From Lepidodermella squamata (lineage: Eukaryota; Animalia; Gastrotricha): a stretch of DNA of 64,000 nucleotides. Within the stretch, counting starts at the first letter, position 1; every line of letters starts with the position of its first letter. The position numbers and the translations under genes were made by a program. The stretch is from assembly GCA_047495785.1 (NCBI GenBank), contig JBLDXI010000024.1:2418001-2482000 (forward strand), in the 5' to 3' direction. Shown in pieces: positions 24,200-36,552 of this stretch. Under the pieces are notes generated by a model. That model saw only the letters and a program-made list of their open reading frames with translations, did no database searches and was not told the origin of the DNA.

Positions 24200-27100
24200 T
24201 TAAATTTGTAAATAAGTTATGATCCAGTCAATAACTTTGCAGACTTTGCCATTAACACTAGGATACCGCGGCTCAGCACAGCCATTTCCGAACGAAACGA
24301 CGCCTTGAAGGGTTCCGAATCCGTTCTTGTAGCAAACAACCGGGCCACCCGAGTCGCCCTGGCACGTATCCAGGCCGCCGAACCCGAGCAAACCGGCGCA
24401 CAATCGATTCGCCGTCGTAAATTCCTCAATGGAAACTTTATACTGATCAGCGCATTTTTGATCGTCGACAATAGGCACAACACCTTTTAGGATGACGGGT
24501 GATGAAACAGGTCCGAACCAGCTTTTTCGGCCGTAACCGGAGATGAGAACATTCTCACCCGGTTGGCAGGTTTCGTCGCAGTTGGCTGGCAGGCAGGCTG
24601 GTCGGATCGACCACGTGTCCAACGGTACTGATTGGTCGACTTCGATGAGGCAAAAATCGTTGTCTAGCGAGCCGGTTTCTCGGGCTTTGTAACCAGGGTG
24701 GCTAATGGTTCGCTTGACGTTGCGAGTCACATTCCCGCCAAATACGACATAATTTGGGCTAAATTAATTTAAGTTGAAATTACGATTTGTCAGAGTTTTT
24801 CATAATTTTTTACCTTGCATCACAGCAATGAGCCCTTGAAAATAAAAATAGAATTGAAAAGATCAGAAAAATTAAGTAGGATGAATCATCCAATTTTTCA
24901 ATTCAGCGTGTCCCATAAGTAACGCAGGCAAAGAAAATACACGGAAAGGGGTTCAGAAACCCTAAAATGAGAGATGAAGTCACATTTCATGGCAAAATTT
25001 TATTTAGAAAAATTTTAAAAATCACGAGAATAGAATTAATGGAATTAAACAAGTCCGGCTGAGAAAAATACCGAAAATTACCGAACCAGTTACCATCGGG
25101 ATTTTCCGGGTTTTCTCAACCCAATTTTTTATTTCTTCAGTTAAATCGCGGATAAAAGGTAGAATATTCTTTCGGCGGGTTTAATTTTTCAAAGTTAAAT
25201 GAATTTCCTGCAAGAAGTTACCAAATTAATAATAGTTCCGCAACTTCTGGGACACGCTGTAATTATTGAAATAATGTATTACATAACATTTCAATCAATT
25301 TCAAAAAATTAGGTAAAAATTCAAAATTTTACACAAGAGACTTGAATGGGTTTTCATAAAATAAATAAAATTTTCAAATTCTTTCAAATTTTGACATTTA
25401 ATTTGGAAGTTTTATTTTAAATAATTTTAAAATTTAAAGCTTCTCACGCGGTCAAAACCCAAGTATCAGAGAGAACAGTGCCGCCACATTCAACATCCAG
25501 ATAAACCTATGAAAAACAGATTTCATTCAAACTTCTGAAAATAAAATTTCATAATTTTTTACCTGCCAAGGAACTTCATTGTCCTCAGCCTCTAAACCGC
25601 CAACAATGGTAACTTTAGGCGCGTATTCTTCGCCCGAATTCCAGTACTGGCTATGTCCACATCCGTTGTAAGGACTCGACTGGGGCGCTACAACCTTGTA
25701 ATCAGGCTGGGTTAACAGCTTCGGCACCAGGCCGGCGTTTTGCATCGCAATTTGCCCAGCATAATGGGCGTTGATTTCATTCTTCGATAGCTCAAAATCA
25801 CACACTAACACCTCGTCAATATTGCCGGCAAAATTTGACCCAATTATGTAAGGACAATGCGCCGACGAGACTGATCCATTTGTTTTTACCGAGTCAGCAA
25901 AAATCTGTTGAAAAAACCGAATATTAGCGAGAATAATTTTTTTATAACAGCAAATTTCAAGACCCTATTCGTGTAGACTGAAGCGACGCCATCGCCGAAA
26001 ACGACGCAAATTTGCGTGTATTTTTCAAAAGTTTTATAACCAACGGGATTAGTGGTGACATTCAGCTTTTGGGAATCGGTGAAACTGGCGGCGACGTTGA
26101 TGAAATCTCGACCGTCAGATTTGAAATCAGTGATGTGAATCGAGAAGGCGCCTTTTCCGTTATCGTCGGCGTTTGATAAAAGTACACCTGGTTGCTCGGC
26201 CGAAGAATTACTCCTGTTCAATTTTTTTAATTTTAAAATAAAGTAGCAAAAATCAGAGTTGAAAAAATTAAAAAATCATAAAAAAATCCAGCCTAATTAA
26301 AAATTAGAAAATCTCCTCGATAGAATTCAAAACTTAAAAAACCAAAAGATGATGGAAGTTATGAAATTTTAAATAATTTTCAAAAATTTGAAAAAAATTC
26401 TTTAAATTTCTATCACCTGTAAAATAGACACCACGAAGCTGATTTGCCGAAGCTGGCCGATTTCATGCCTGGAATTTCAACACGGCCATTTTCGACCCTG
26501 AGCGACGCCCAGCCACGTGCCGATGTCGAGTTATCAATTGAGAAGCTGCCTTGACCCGTCGACGTGAATCTCGATGTTGAATGGTCATTGATGTCGTTAT
26601 CGAATGGCAGGTACAACCGGCATTGCCGGCTGTTAGCCGGGGGCTGTTGAGGCGGTTGAACGGTTATTGAAGCGTTGATTTCACAATGGCAAGACAGAAG
26701 ATCAAAGTAAAGCCCCTCGGGACATTTGGCCAACGATGAATCATCTTCTCCTGAAAATGTAATTTTGTTAAAAATTGTCGAGTTAACTTGAAAATTTTGA
26801 ATATTTTTTTTAAGATAATTTTCTAAATTTTTTAATTAATTTTCAGTTTTCAATTTTTTAAATGACTAATTAGTATCTGAGGTAGCAATTTTTCAATGTT
26901 TTATGAGTTAAATTTAAATTTTTAAAATTTAAAATTCAGCAATTTTACTCTTTATCCCTTTGGTTCGTACCTAAAATGAGAAAAGCATCCGGCTGGTTAG
27001 GAACCGAAGATAAAATAACACCGTACGAGTCCTCGCAAACAGTGGAATTGATCAGAACAGGCGATTTAGTACTCGTTGGGATAATCACGTCGTTCAATAA

Positions 27101-27544
27101 GCATTGATCTAAGCAAGTCGCATCTTCATCACAGGAACAAGTCGCCGCGTTGAACCGAGTTCCAGCCGGGCAGCACATCGCATGGCTGATGTGATTCGAA
27201 CAGGCGATAAAGGCCGCGCAATTGCCGTCCGGCGATGCGAAACACGCATCACCAGCCGATGAGCTACACGCGTCACTGCACGGCGTTTTCGGGTCCTCGG
27301 GCGAGCATTGCAGAATGGCTTCATTCCAGAAGGTTCCGCTCGGGCAGGTCTGCAGCTGGCCGATAGCTGTAGTTTCGTTGATGAAGAGGCACTGGTAGAA
27401 GCGGTGGCAGTTATCCGGGTCAGCGTAGTGGTCTTTGGCATTGCGACTTCCGGAACAGCCGAAGCAGAACTCGTTAGGATCGGGCGCCGCTAGCGTTGCT
27501 CCAGCCAAGCAGAAAGTGACATAGAGTGAGAAAAAATTAAGCAT
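24200..27544 (-). CDS. Modular serine protease copy 2 (CBM14 repeats - LamG - trypsin), 7 exons including 21-nt His micro-exon 24834-24814
   Basis: Same domain order as copy 1; IVGG, spliced VYLDVECGGTVLSDTWVLTAAHCC, NDFCLI and GDSGGP. Confidence 0.9.
24904..25259. mobile_element. Tc1/mariner-type MITE in the intron preceding the His micro-exon of protease copy 2
   Basis: TIRs CAGCGTGTCCCATAAGT (24904-) and ACTTCTGGGACACGCTG (-25259) followed by TA. The internal CCGAAAATTACCGAACC motif is shared with ~2951 and ~9028. Confidence 0.75.
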
Positions 27545-28675
27545 CTATAAATCAATAGAAAGCTTAGTGTGAGTTATTGCCATGGCGATATGCTAAACGC
27601 TGCGAAAATAACGATTTATTCTGATGTTGATAGCTCTGAAATCAATCTCACCTATGGAAGCCAACACCAGATATTACACAAAATTACCATAACTGGCGTG
27701 AGTTTGTAGCTTGGGAGTTCCTCTCACTTGGGGCCCTGGTAGTACCATATTCAAAATTTATCTGAATTCTTGCTTGAAAATCACCCTTATAATTCATCCG
27801 CCGAAAGCATGAATTTAGTTTTGGTATCTGAAGCCATGCTTTCGGTAAATGAATTACGGCAAGTTTTTCTTGATAAATTGAAGTTCTATTGTAAAATAAA
27901 GCCCTTGAGCGTACGTAGAAGTAATCAATTGAAAGTTTTAAATTTTTCGCACGGGCCCAGACAGAACATTCGCGTGCTGGAAACCTGAACATATAAAATT
28001 GTCTGCGGAGAAATGGCGAGGTCAACATTTTATTCTGAATTTTCATTCCGTCTGTTTCAAAACTAGCCTATGAATTCTGAAATTTTTGAAAATGAACAAA
28101 AATTACTTTTGAGTTGGCACTGTAATTTTCTGGCTAGATTCCATGGAGATTTCAGAAAATGAAAAATAAAATTCCACGCTGAATTTGAGGTTCTATTAGG
28201 GCTAGAATTGTCCAAAATGAGGTTCTTTGAGTTTCCGATCTTCCTTTGAATTGATATTACAGCAATATCTGTTGTTATCTTGACGCATTATGAAAGGGTT
28301 TAGATTGAATGAGCTTCGACCCGCTGAAGTGAATAAGGCATTTTCACAGCATTGTTAAAGTTCGAAAATTCCGGTAAAGACTGTTTTACATTTGGATATA
28401 ATGCTTGGAAAAAGATTGACTTGAAAAAAATTCGTCAATTTTTCCGTAAATTCCAATCAGGTTTCTCTTCTTTGTACCCACCAAAGCCCTGGAAAAAACA
28501 AGGAAAATAACCTGTCATATGGGCTTAGTTTATTCGTTCAAGGATTTCCAAATAGACGTATCATGGATTTCATATAATATTATATAATTTTCTCCTAAAT
28601 ACTTAAATATTCACGGAATTTGTCGTCAATCGTCAAATCAATAGATTTATCGAGCTATTGTGCGCGAGAAGTCGT

Positions 28676-31600
28676 TCACAATGAGACGTAGCTCTTGATC
28701 CAGTCCAGCACCTGGCAAACATCAGCGTAGATGCCAGGAAATCGCGGTTCAGCACAGCCTACGCCGGTCGAGGTCAGGCCCTGAAGGACGAAATAGCCAT
28801 TTTTGAAGCAGCTGAGGGGTCCGCCAGAATCGCCACCGCACGTATCGATACCGCCCTCGCCGTCATAGGCAGCGCAAAACGCCTTTGTCTCAGCGAGAGA
28901 GCCATTTTTAGCGCTGTATTTCGCATAACGCTGCTCGCATAGCGAATTCTCGATAATTGGGACAATTGCTTTGAGCTGGTGCTTTGTAGTTGGGCCCATG
29001 TCGCTGGTAGCGCCGTAGCCGGAAATCAAAGTCAGCTCACCGGGGGAGCAAGTGTCGGCGCAATTGTTTGGCAGGCAAATGGGCCGAATCGACCAGCCGT
29101 CGAGAGGGATCGGCTCTTCGAGTTCCAGGAGGCAGAAATCGTAATAGATGGTAGGATCAGCGCTGTCGTTGAAATAAGGGTGAAGAATGTTGCGAGCTGT
29201 TTTTCGCACTGTTTTGTACAGAGGCAGGGTTGCGTTCAGACTGCCTTGCCAGCCGTAATTGGTCCCAACCAAGACTAGAGTTTCGCTGTAAAAAAATCGA
29301 AATAAGCTGGGTCAATTTTACATTAATTGATAGCTCACATTACACGTTCTGGTAGCGAACAACAATGACCGCTGAAAATGTAAAAGAAAACAAATAATGA
29401 CAGCACTCATTAGGATTATCTTTGAATAATTGTAAGTCTTACAGGACCCATGGTTTTCGAAGGTTGGAAGTAAGCATTTGGTCGAAAAATTCTGAATTTT
29501 ATTGATTTTGCTGATATTTTTAAATTTTTTTAAATTTTATACCTGATTTTGCCAATTTGGGACACATAATTTGGAAAATAAGCGCCTAAGTTTGGACAAT
29601 CATCTGCACATCCAACGAAGTTATGCTCAAAGATTCGACCTGTAATTTTGGTCGAATTTTGAAGAAAATTAGGAAAGGCTGGTTCATCCTCAAGTTCAAG
29701 AAAAACTTCGATATTTTTTATTCCAAATTTGCCTAATTGCCCTGTTTCACTATATACGATTGCTACCGTAGTTTTTCCGTAGCACTACGGTAAAACTACG
29801 GAAAAACTACGGCAAGTACTACGGAATGACTACGGTAAAAAAAACATAATCAAAATATGTACGAGATGCCTTGAAAATATAGTTACCAAACTATTTTCAG
29901 TTAGAGACGTCACTGTCTAGTCGGGGATAAGTGTCGAAAACTTCACTGAAGTGGTAGGGGAAGTTTAAGGTAAAATCTCAAGGATAAGTCGAAGAGCACT
30001 GTTTTGGCGTTTTTGACGCGTCATAACCGCTAAACCGTGGGCCCCCGCGGGCTTGAAATCTTTCGGGGTTAGAGAACCGAGGGCCCTCTATTCGTCTGTC
30101 ATGATTAGAACCCGAAGAAAAGGTTCCCTGGCATTGAAAACTGGCCGCAAAACACCCCTGAAAGTACAGTACTTTTCCAGCCATTGAGCCAAATGGGCGT
30201 TTTTGACGCGTCATAACCGCTAAACCCTGGGCCCCGCGGGCTTGAAATCTTTCGGGGTTACAGAACCGAGGGCCCTCTATTCGTCTGTCATGGTTAGATC
30301 CATGCTTACCTTGATCCTTATAGGTATTTATTTCATATATTATCAAGGCCGAGAACAGCCCGTTAATCGCTTCATACTTTGTGAAGTAGTGGGTGGCATA
30401 ATTGGTTGGGGGGCATGGGTGATTTAATGAGTAAATCAGTATTGGTGGTTCGATTGACTGCGGCCGCTCACTGCATTTTTTATTTTTTCCTGATTTTTTT
30501 GACCGTATTTGCTGCTTCTACGGTAGAAATCAGCACTACGGAAAAACTACGGAAAAACTACGGCAATTTCTACGGTAGAACTACGGTAAAAATTCCCACA
30601 TGCGAAACTGAACAGATATCCTACTTAAATTGAGCTACCTTCCGAGTTTAGTTTTGCGTTTCGGATTTCGAAGCGAGAAAAAGGGTATGAGAATGTTCCG
30701 AATTTCCTTCTTAATTTCAGATGATTAAAACTTCAATACAAATTTAATTTAATGAGAACAAATTATGAAAAAATTGAATTTCTGTATTTTACGAATTGAA
30801 ACACATTTCTTAGCTTTTTTTAATCCAATAGAAATTTGAAATACTCGATTCATTTTAATGTATTTTGAATTTTCCCAAGATTTTTCTGGCCATGAGATAT
30901 GCGCTCTCTACACACTATTTAAGTTTGGATTAAATGAGGTCACGAAACTCGGCCTAATCTTGAAAAATTCTTACGCGGTGATAGCCCATCGATCACTCAA
31001 TACAACTGCACCGCATCTGTAGGGTCGAGGGCGCTTTTCGACTCTGATCAAGAGAAGAGCCTACATACCAGAGAAGCACAGAATAACAACAGAATTTTCA
31101 ATCCTTAATAATTTACCTGCCACGGGAACTCGTTTTCAGCAGATTCCGTACCGCCGACAACCTGCAGACGCGGAGCCAACTCTTCCCCAGAATTCCAGTA
31201 ATCGCTATGGCCACAGGCGTTGTAAGGACTCGGCTGCGGCTGAGTGGTTCTGTACGTCGGGCGAGCAGTCAGCGGGGGCGGGATAAGACCGGCGTTTTCA
31301 AGCGCAACACGCCCCGCATAATGCGCATCCACTTCGAAAGGCGTCATAGCAAAATCGCAAATCAGAACTTCATCAATGTTGCCATCGAAATCGCCGAATG
31401 CTGGGTCTGTTCCTATGACGTAGGGGCAATGAGATACGGCGAGAGATCCGCTGGTCGAATATTCAGTAGCATTTGCCTATAAAGTATAGAATAATGGCAA
31501 ATATTCTTGACAGTACGATTTCCTTACATCATTGTTGTAGATAACGACTTTGCCTTGTCCAAAAACTGCGCACAGTTGCGAGTACTGCTCGCCAGTTGCC

Positions 31601-32804
31601 GATGTGTGGTTTGCGACCGAGCTGAAGTTGACCAGAAGTTCGGGTTGGGACAATTTCAACAGAACACGATAAGCATTGTCATTCTTTTCAATGATCGACT
31701 CGTGGGCGAAGGACAAAGAAAATTCAGAACTTCCACGACCATTGCTGTTCGAGACAATGCCTCCAGTTACATTGGACGCAGGCCTAAGAAAAAACGAATT
31801 AAAATTGATCAACTAATGATTTCAATACTAACCGATAAAACAAGCAGATTGACATAGATTTTCCAAAGCTGACCGACTTCAAACCAGGTATTTCAATTTT
31901 GCCTTTGTTGATGCGAAGTGAACCTCGACCGCGGGCCGATGTGCTGTCGTCAATGGAATAGGTTCCGTAACCGTCGGTTTTGAAGTGGGAGATGGAGTGA
32001 TCTTGAATGTCACTGTCGAATGGCAGATATAAGCGGCATTGGCGGTTTCCAGATGGCTGTTGCGTTGGTGTATCGAAAGTTGGTTGTAGTTCGCATCGGC
32101 AGCTGCTGAGTTCGAAGTTCAAGCCATCGGGGCATGTACTAACATGCTGGTTCTCTTCAGCTTTAGAAATGAAGAATATTCAATGAACAATTTGGAAGTT
32201 CAAAAATAAAATCGTTCAATAAATTACCGAGAATTATAAAGGACTGTGGAGAACCAAGTACGATAGAAATGAGAGTTCCGAATGAGTCCTCGCAAACTGT
32301 CCCGTTGATCAGAACAGGCGATTTAGTACTCGTTGGGATGATCACGTCATTCAACACGCATTGATCCAAGCAAGTCGCGTCTTCATCACAGGAACAAGTC
32401 GCCGCGTTGAACCGAGTTCCAGCTGGGCAGCACATCGCATGGCTGATGTGATTCGAACAGGCGATAAAGGCCGCGCAATTGCCGTCCGGCGATGCGAAAC
32501 ATGCCTCGCCAGCCGATGAGCTACACGCGTCGCTGCACGGCGTTTTCGGGTCCTCGGGCGAGCATTGTAGAATGGCTTCATTCCAGAAGGTTCCGCTCGG
32601 GCAGGTCTGCAGCTGGCCGATAGCTGAGGTTTCGTTGATGAAGAGGCACTGGTAGAAGCGGTGGCAGTTCTCAGGGTCCGCGTAGTGGTCTTTGGCATTG
32701 CGGCTCCCGGAACAGCCGAAGCAGAACTCGTTGGGATCGGGTGCTGCTAGCGTTGCTCCTGCGAAGCAGAGAATGAAACAAGATGATATGAGAAAATCCT
32801 TCAT
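28676..32804 (-). CDS. Modular serine protease copy 3 (CBM14 repeats - LamG - trypsin), 7 exons including 33-nt His micro-exon 29371-29339
   Basis: ATG at 32804 (MKDFLISSCFIL); VVGG, CGAVVLSDRWAITAGHCC, YDFCLL and GDSGGP. Confidence 0.9.
29762..30592. mobile_element. Repeat element with CTACGG-unit arrays at both ends and an internal ~100-bp direct duplication, in the largest intron of protease copy 3
   Basis: Arrays of ~11-bp (AAAA)CTACGG units at 29762-29837 and 30517-30590. Near-identical GGCGTTTTTGACGCGTCATAACCGCTAAACC...TCGTCTGTCATG blocks at 30006-30109 and 30196-30299. Confidence 0.65.
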
Positions 32805-33243
32805 TTCTAATCGGTTAAAATGGTGTTTGATGAGCAAATCTTGAAACTAATTCTCTCAGCCCTTTTTTCCGTGTCATGTCGTGCTTCTAAATCGTGTGCT
32901 TTCCACCTGTTCAGCAGTGTGTCACTGTTGACATCATTCAATATTTTCTTTTTATTGAACCTGAAAAATTTAGACGATCGACAATTTTGAAAAGCACAAA
33001 AGATATGTAATTGATATGATCTAGCAACTTTTTCACTCTTTTTTGGTGCTGGCCAAAGTCACAAAAGTCTCAATAATAATTTCTTTCATCATAAATTGCT
33101 GAACTAGAAGCAAGAATAAGGTGAATCAAGCCAGAGATGAGTCCTGCTTCGCTGTTCGCTGAAGTCCAATCTTATTTTATTGGAATGTTTTATTACCTAT
33201 GTCTATAATTATATAATATATAGCATTAAATTCATAAGCCTTG

Positions 33244-34319
33244 CTACCGCTTTCCTGTCTCTTCTAAGCCAGATTCGTACAGGAAACCTTCCCAGTCGTT
33301 CTGCCACGAGTATCCCGAGTACTGAACGACATAGGCCTTCGGAAAACTCGCTTTACACGCCTTAGGGTCATGCGTTCCTTTTCGAGGATTGCAAAGATCG
33401 CCAATAGGTTTATCGCCCTCGCTCCAATGGTAAGGATAGATAAGGCCGGGCTCTAGAATCCGGATGTCTCGAACTGTTGGTGAGCCAATGATCACATCGT
33501 TATCGATCTCCGCTTCATTGCGCCAAGCACTCCACAACCATCTGTAATTTCGGATTGTTTCATAGAATATCACCGGACCTGTTATGTAGTCTGGCCTGTT
33601 TAGACAAGGAACAGTAATTAAACTTTTAAAACTATGAGGGAAAATTCCAACCTAGCAGAAACCGCCATGGTTTGAGTGGCTATGGATATTTTCAGAACAG
33701 TTAGCAGCCAAATTTGATGACCGGGCGCTGACGCCATCCAAGCAGCTGGTACATTGTCACTGTGATTGAACTTATTCTGCATGTAGCCTGCACAGATTAC
33801 CAATTTTTTTAACCAAAATAGTTTTTTATTGAAATTACCTAAGATGACAGGGTGGGACGCATTAGTCACAATTAAATCCATAGATTTGATTGGTTCTGTG
33901 TCGAGGTCAGCGTAAATGCCGCCATATCGATGCATGTATAGATAGCGGGCTACGTCAGCACGTTCGACGCCCACTGGGAAAGCGTCGTAGTAAGGTTGAA
34001 GCCAGGGATAGTGGCACTTGACCAGCAGATAATTCTCCTCATCGGTCCACAGATGATGCGACCAGTCCGGGTGCATTTGCATCCAGGTCCTCCGATATTG
34101 AGCATAATTTTCAGGTAGAGTTTCGTTTTTCCAGGACTGATGTAAAATCCTCGGAATTTGTAGTGAGTAATAACTCGTCGCGAAATCTGGTAGATTGTCA
34201 CAGGCAGATTTGTTCCATTTTTGCCGGCTCAATACTGTGAACCAGCTGATGATGGTAAGGATTGAGCACAGGCCGCATAGAACCGCGAAAAAAGCCCAGT
34301 TTAACTTGGCTAGTTGCAT
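33244..34319 (-). CDS. GT32 glycosyltransferase copy 3; exons 34319-33839, 33787-33652, 33595-33244
   Basis: TM anchor; IPRILHQSWK, ERADVARY, YGGIYADLD, AWMASAPGH and PDYITGP. Confidence 0.9.
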
Positions 34320-35025
34320 TTTTTGTTCAGGCTATAGTGTTATGCAACACTTTCATTACTACGCTACAGCACGACGAAGTTTAACGTTCTCAATTTACAC
34401 ATATACGCCTATACAAACATGAAAATGTAGGGCAATTACCTAGCATGCGGTTCACCGTGCCTTTCATGATACATAGTAGGTAAAAAAAGCGTTAAACATG
34501 GCATAGGTATAGCGTAAGAACACACTCATAAGCAAACAGTAGGCATCCGGAAAAGCTGGCGAGATTATCTCGCGTCAACAGTTTACTTGCGCCCTAGATT
34601 GCAGTTCTACTCCGACCTCGTGAAGCTCAGGAAAAATGACAGTATCCGGCCGAATGCCTTCTGAAGTCGCGACTGCTTCTGTTAAAAATTACCATCAAAA
34701 TAAATAATTTGGCTTATCAATTTCTCCAGCTTCATCAGCTTTCTGCGTTTCGTTTATTATAATTGAGGCCTAATGTGAGCCTAATTAGGGAGAAGCCAAA
34801 GTTCGAAAGAGACCAACAAAGTTCTGGCCAAAAATTGATTAATGCAGCTATAGTGAAAATTGTGTTACTTATCGATGCAAGAATGGTTTAATTGCGTAAA
34901 TTTGTTTCAGCCCTGTCTCGATTCGGCGAGATCCTAAGCTCATCAGAGTGCGTTTTGTCTTGATCACAGCTAAGCACAATATTTTGCCAACAGGTAAACA
35001 CGCACCTTTTTATACGACTAAGACT

Positions 35026-36080
35026 TTATTTTCCTGTCTCTTCAAGTCCAGCTTTATCGAGAAAGCCCTCCCAATCTTTTCGCCAGGAATATCCTGAATA
35101 TTGAACAACATAAGCATCCGGGTAGTTCTTTTTGCATAGCTCAGGACTGTGAGTATCTGAGTGCGGATCGCAGAGCAGGCCAATCGGTGTTTTACTTTCG
35201 CTCCAATGATACGGGTAGATGAGGCCCGGCTCCAAGATGCGAAGGTCCCGAACTATCGTCGAGCCCTTATAGTAAATATCGCCTTCTGGAGCCGGTACAC
35301 TATTCCAAATCTCCCATAACTTTCCGTAATCCAAAATAGCCTGAAAGAATATTACGGGTCCTGTGATGTAATCTGGCCTGGAAAAGGATCAAAAATGGAA
35401 TGACGCTAATCATAACAGCGATTTCCTACCTCGAACTTTTTGGCATAGACCTAGCTGCTATCCTGATCTTCAATAAGGTCAAGAGCCAAATGGGATGCCC
35501 TGGAGCTGACGCGATCCAGGCCGCAGGGATGTTGTCCAATTTCGCATAATAACTTGTCATGTAGCCTGCGAAATATCACTTCAATTTCTTGAATCCGGCC
35601 TCGTAAAATTTACCAAAAATTACCGGCTGAGTGATATTTTCCAGCAGTATATCCATCGGCTTGATAGGTTCCGTATCAAGATCTGCATAAATCCCGCCAT
35701 ATCGATGCATGTATAGATATCGGGCAACATCCGCACGTTCAACACCGACTGGAAAATTGTCGTAATAGGGGAGCAGCCATGAGTAATGGCATTGAACCAA
35801 CAATCTATTCTCTTCATCTGTCCACAGGTGATGCGTCCAGTTTGGATGCATTTCCAGCCATGTTTTTCGATAACGGGCGTAATTTTCCGGCAATGATTCA
35901 CTTTTCCACGACTGGTGGAAAATTTTAGGAATTTTATCCGAGCCGTAGTTATGCTCGAAATCAGGAAGCTCGCTGCAAGATTTATTAGTTTGAGGTAATG
36001 CGGTAATTTCTGTCGTAGTCGTTGATTTTGTGGTTAAAGTGGTTGATGGAGTTGAGGTAGTGGTAGTAGTGGTAGTGGTT

Positions 36081-36117
<37 letters not shown>

Positions 36118-36292
36118 AAGTTACAGACTTTGTCGTAATATTAACAGTTGGAGCGACCAATGCTTCGAATTTCAAACCATTTTCTGAGCGATTGTTGATT
36201 TTGGCGATCCAACCTATGGTTAGAACTAGTATGCATATGACTAGCAGTCCCCACAAGCAGTAATAGCAAGTGTTAAACTTGGTCACTCTCAT
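35026..36292 (-). CDS. GT32 glycosyltransferase copy 4 with poly-Thr stem; exons 36292-35614, 35565-35430, 35377-35026
   Basis: Same motifs and intron positions as the other copies; the stem region contains a long Thr run. Confidence 0.9.
36056..36117 (-). repeat. (ACT/ACC)n coding microsatellite encoding poly-threonine
   Basis: (TAG/TGG)n on the + strand, in frame in the stem of GT32 copy 4. Confidence 0.9.
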
Positions 36293-36552
36293 CGTATAAG
36301 AATTAACTGTTTATTACTGCTCCGCCTTTCAACTCACAACTCTTGCTGGGGAAAAAAGTGTAATCAAATGCATGGGTGCTATAAAGCCTCTTGCTCACAC
36401 TTGAATTCGTCTTATAGGCTTACCACGTGAAATGCGAAATGAGTACAATAATAACAATACCTCGAAATATTTCTATATTTTTATTCCTTAAAGTAATGAG
36501 TATTACAATGAGCAAAATTATACATAAGAAAAGTTGCTTTGATTGCAAGTCT

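Noticed and set aside
36030-36263. Poly-valine ORF on the + strand
   Set aside because: Antisense reading of the poly-Thr microsatellite.
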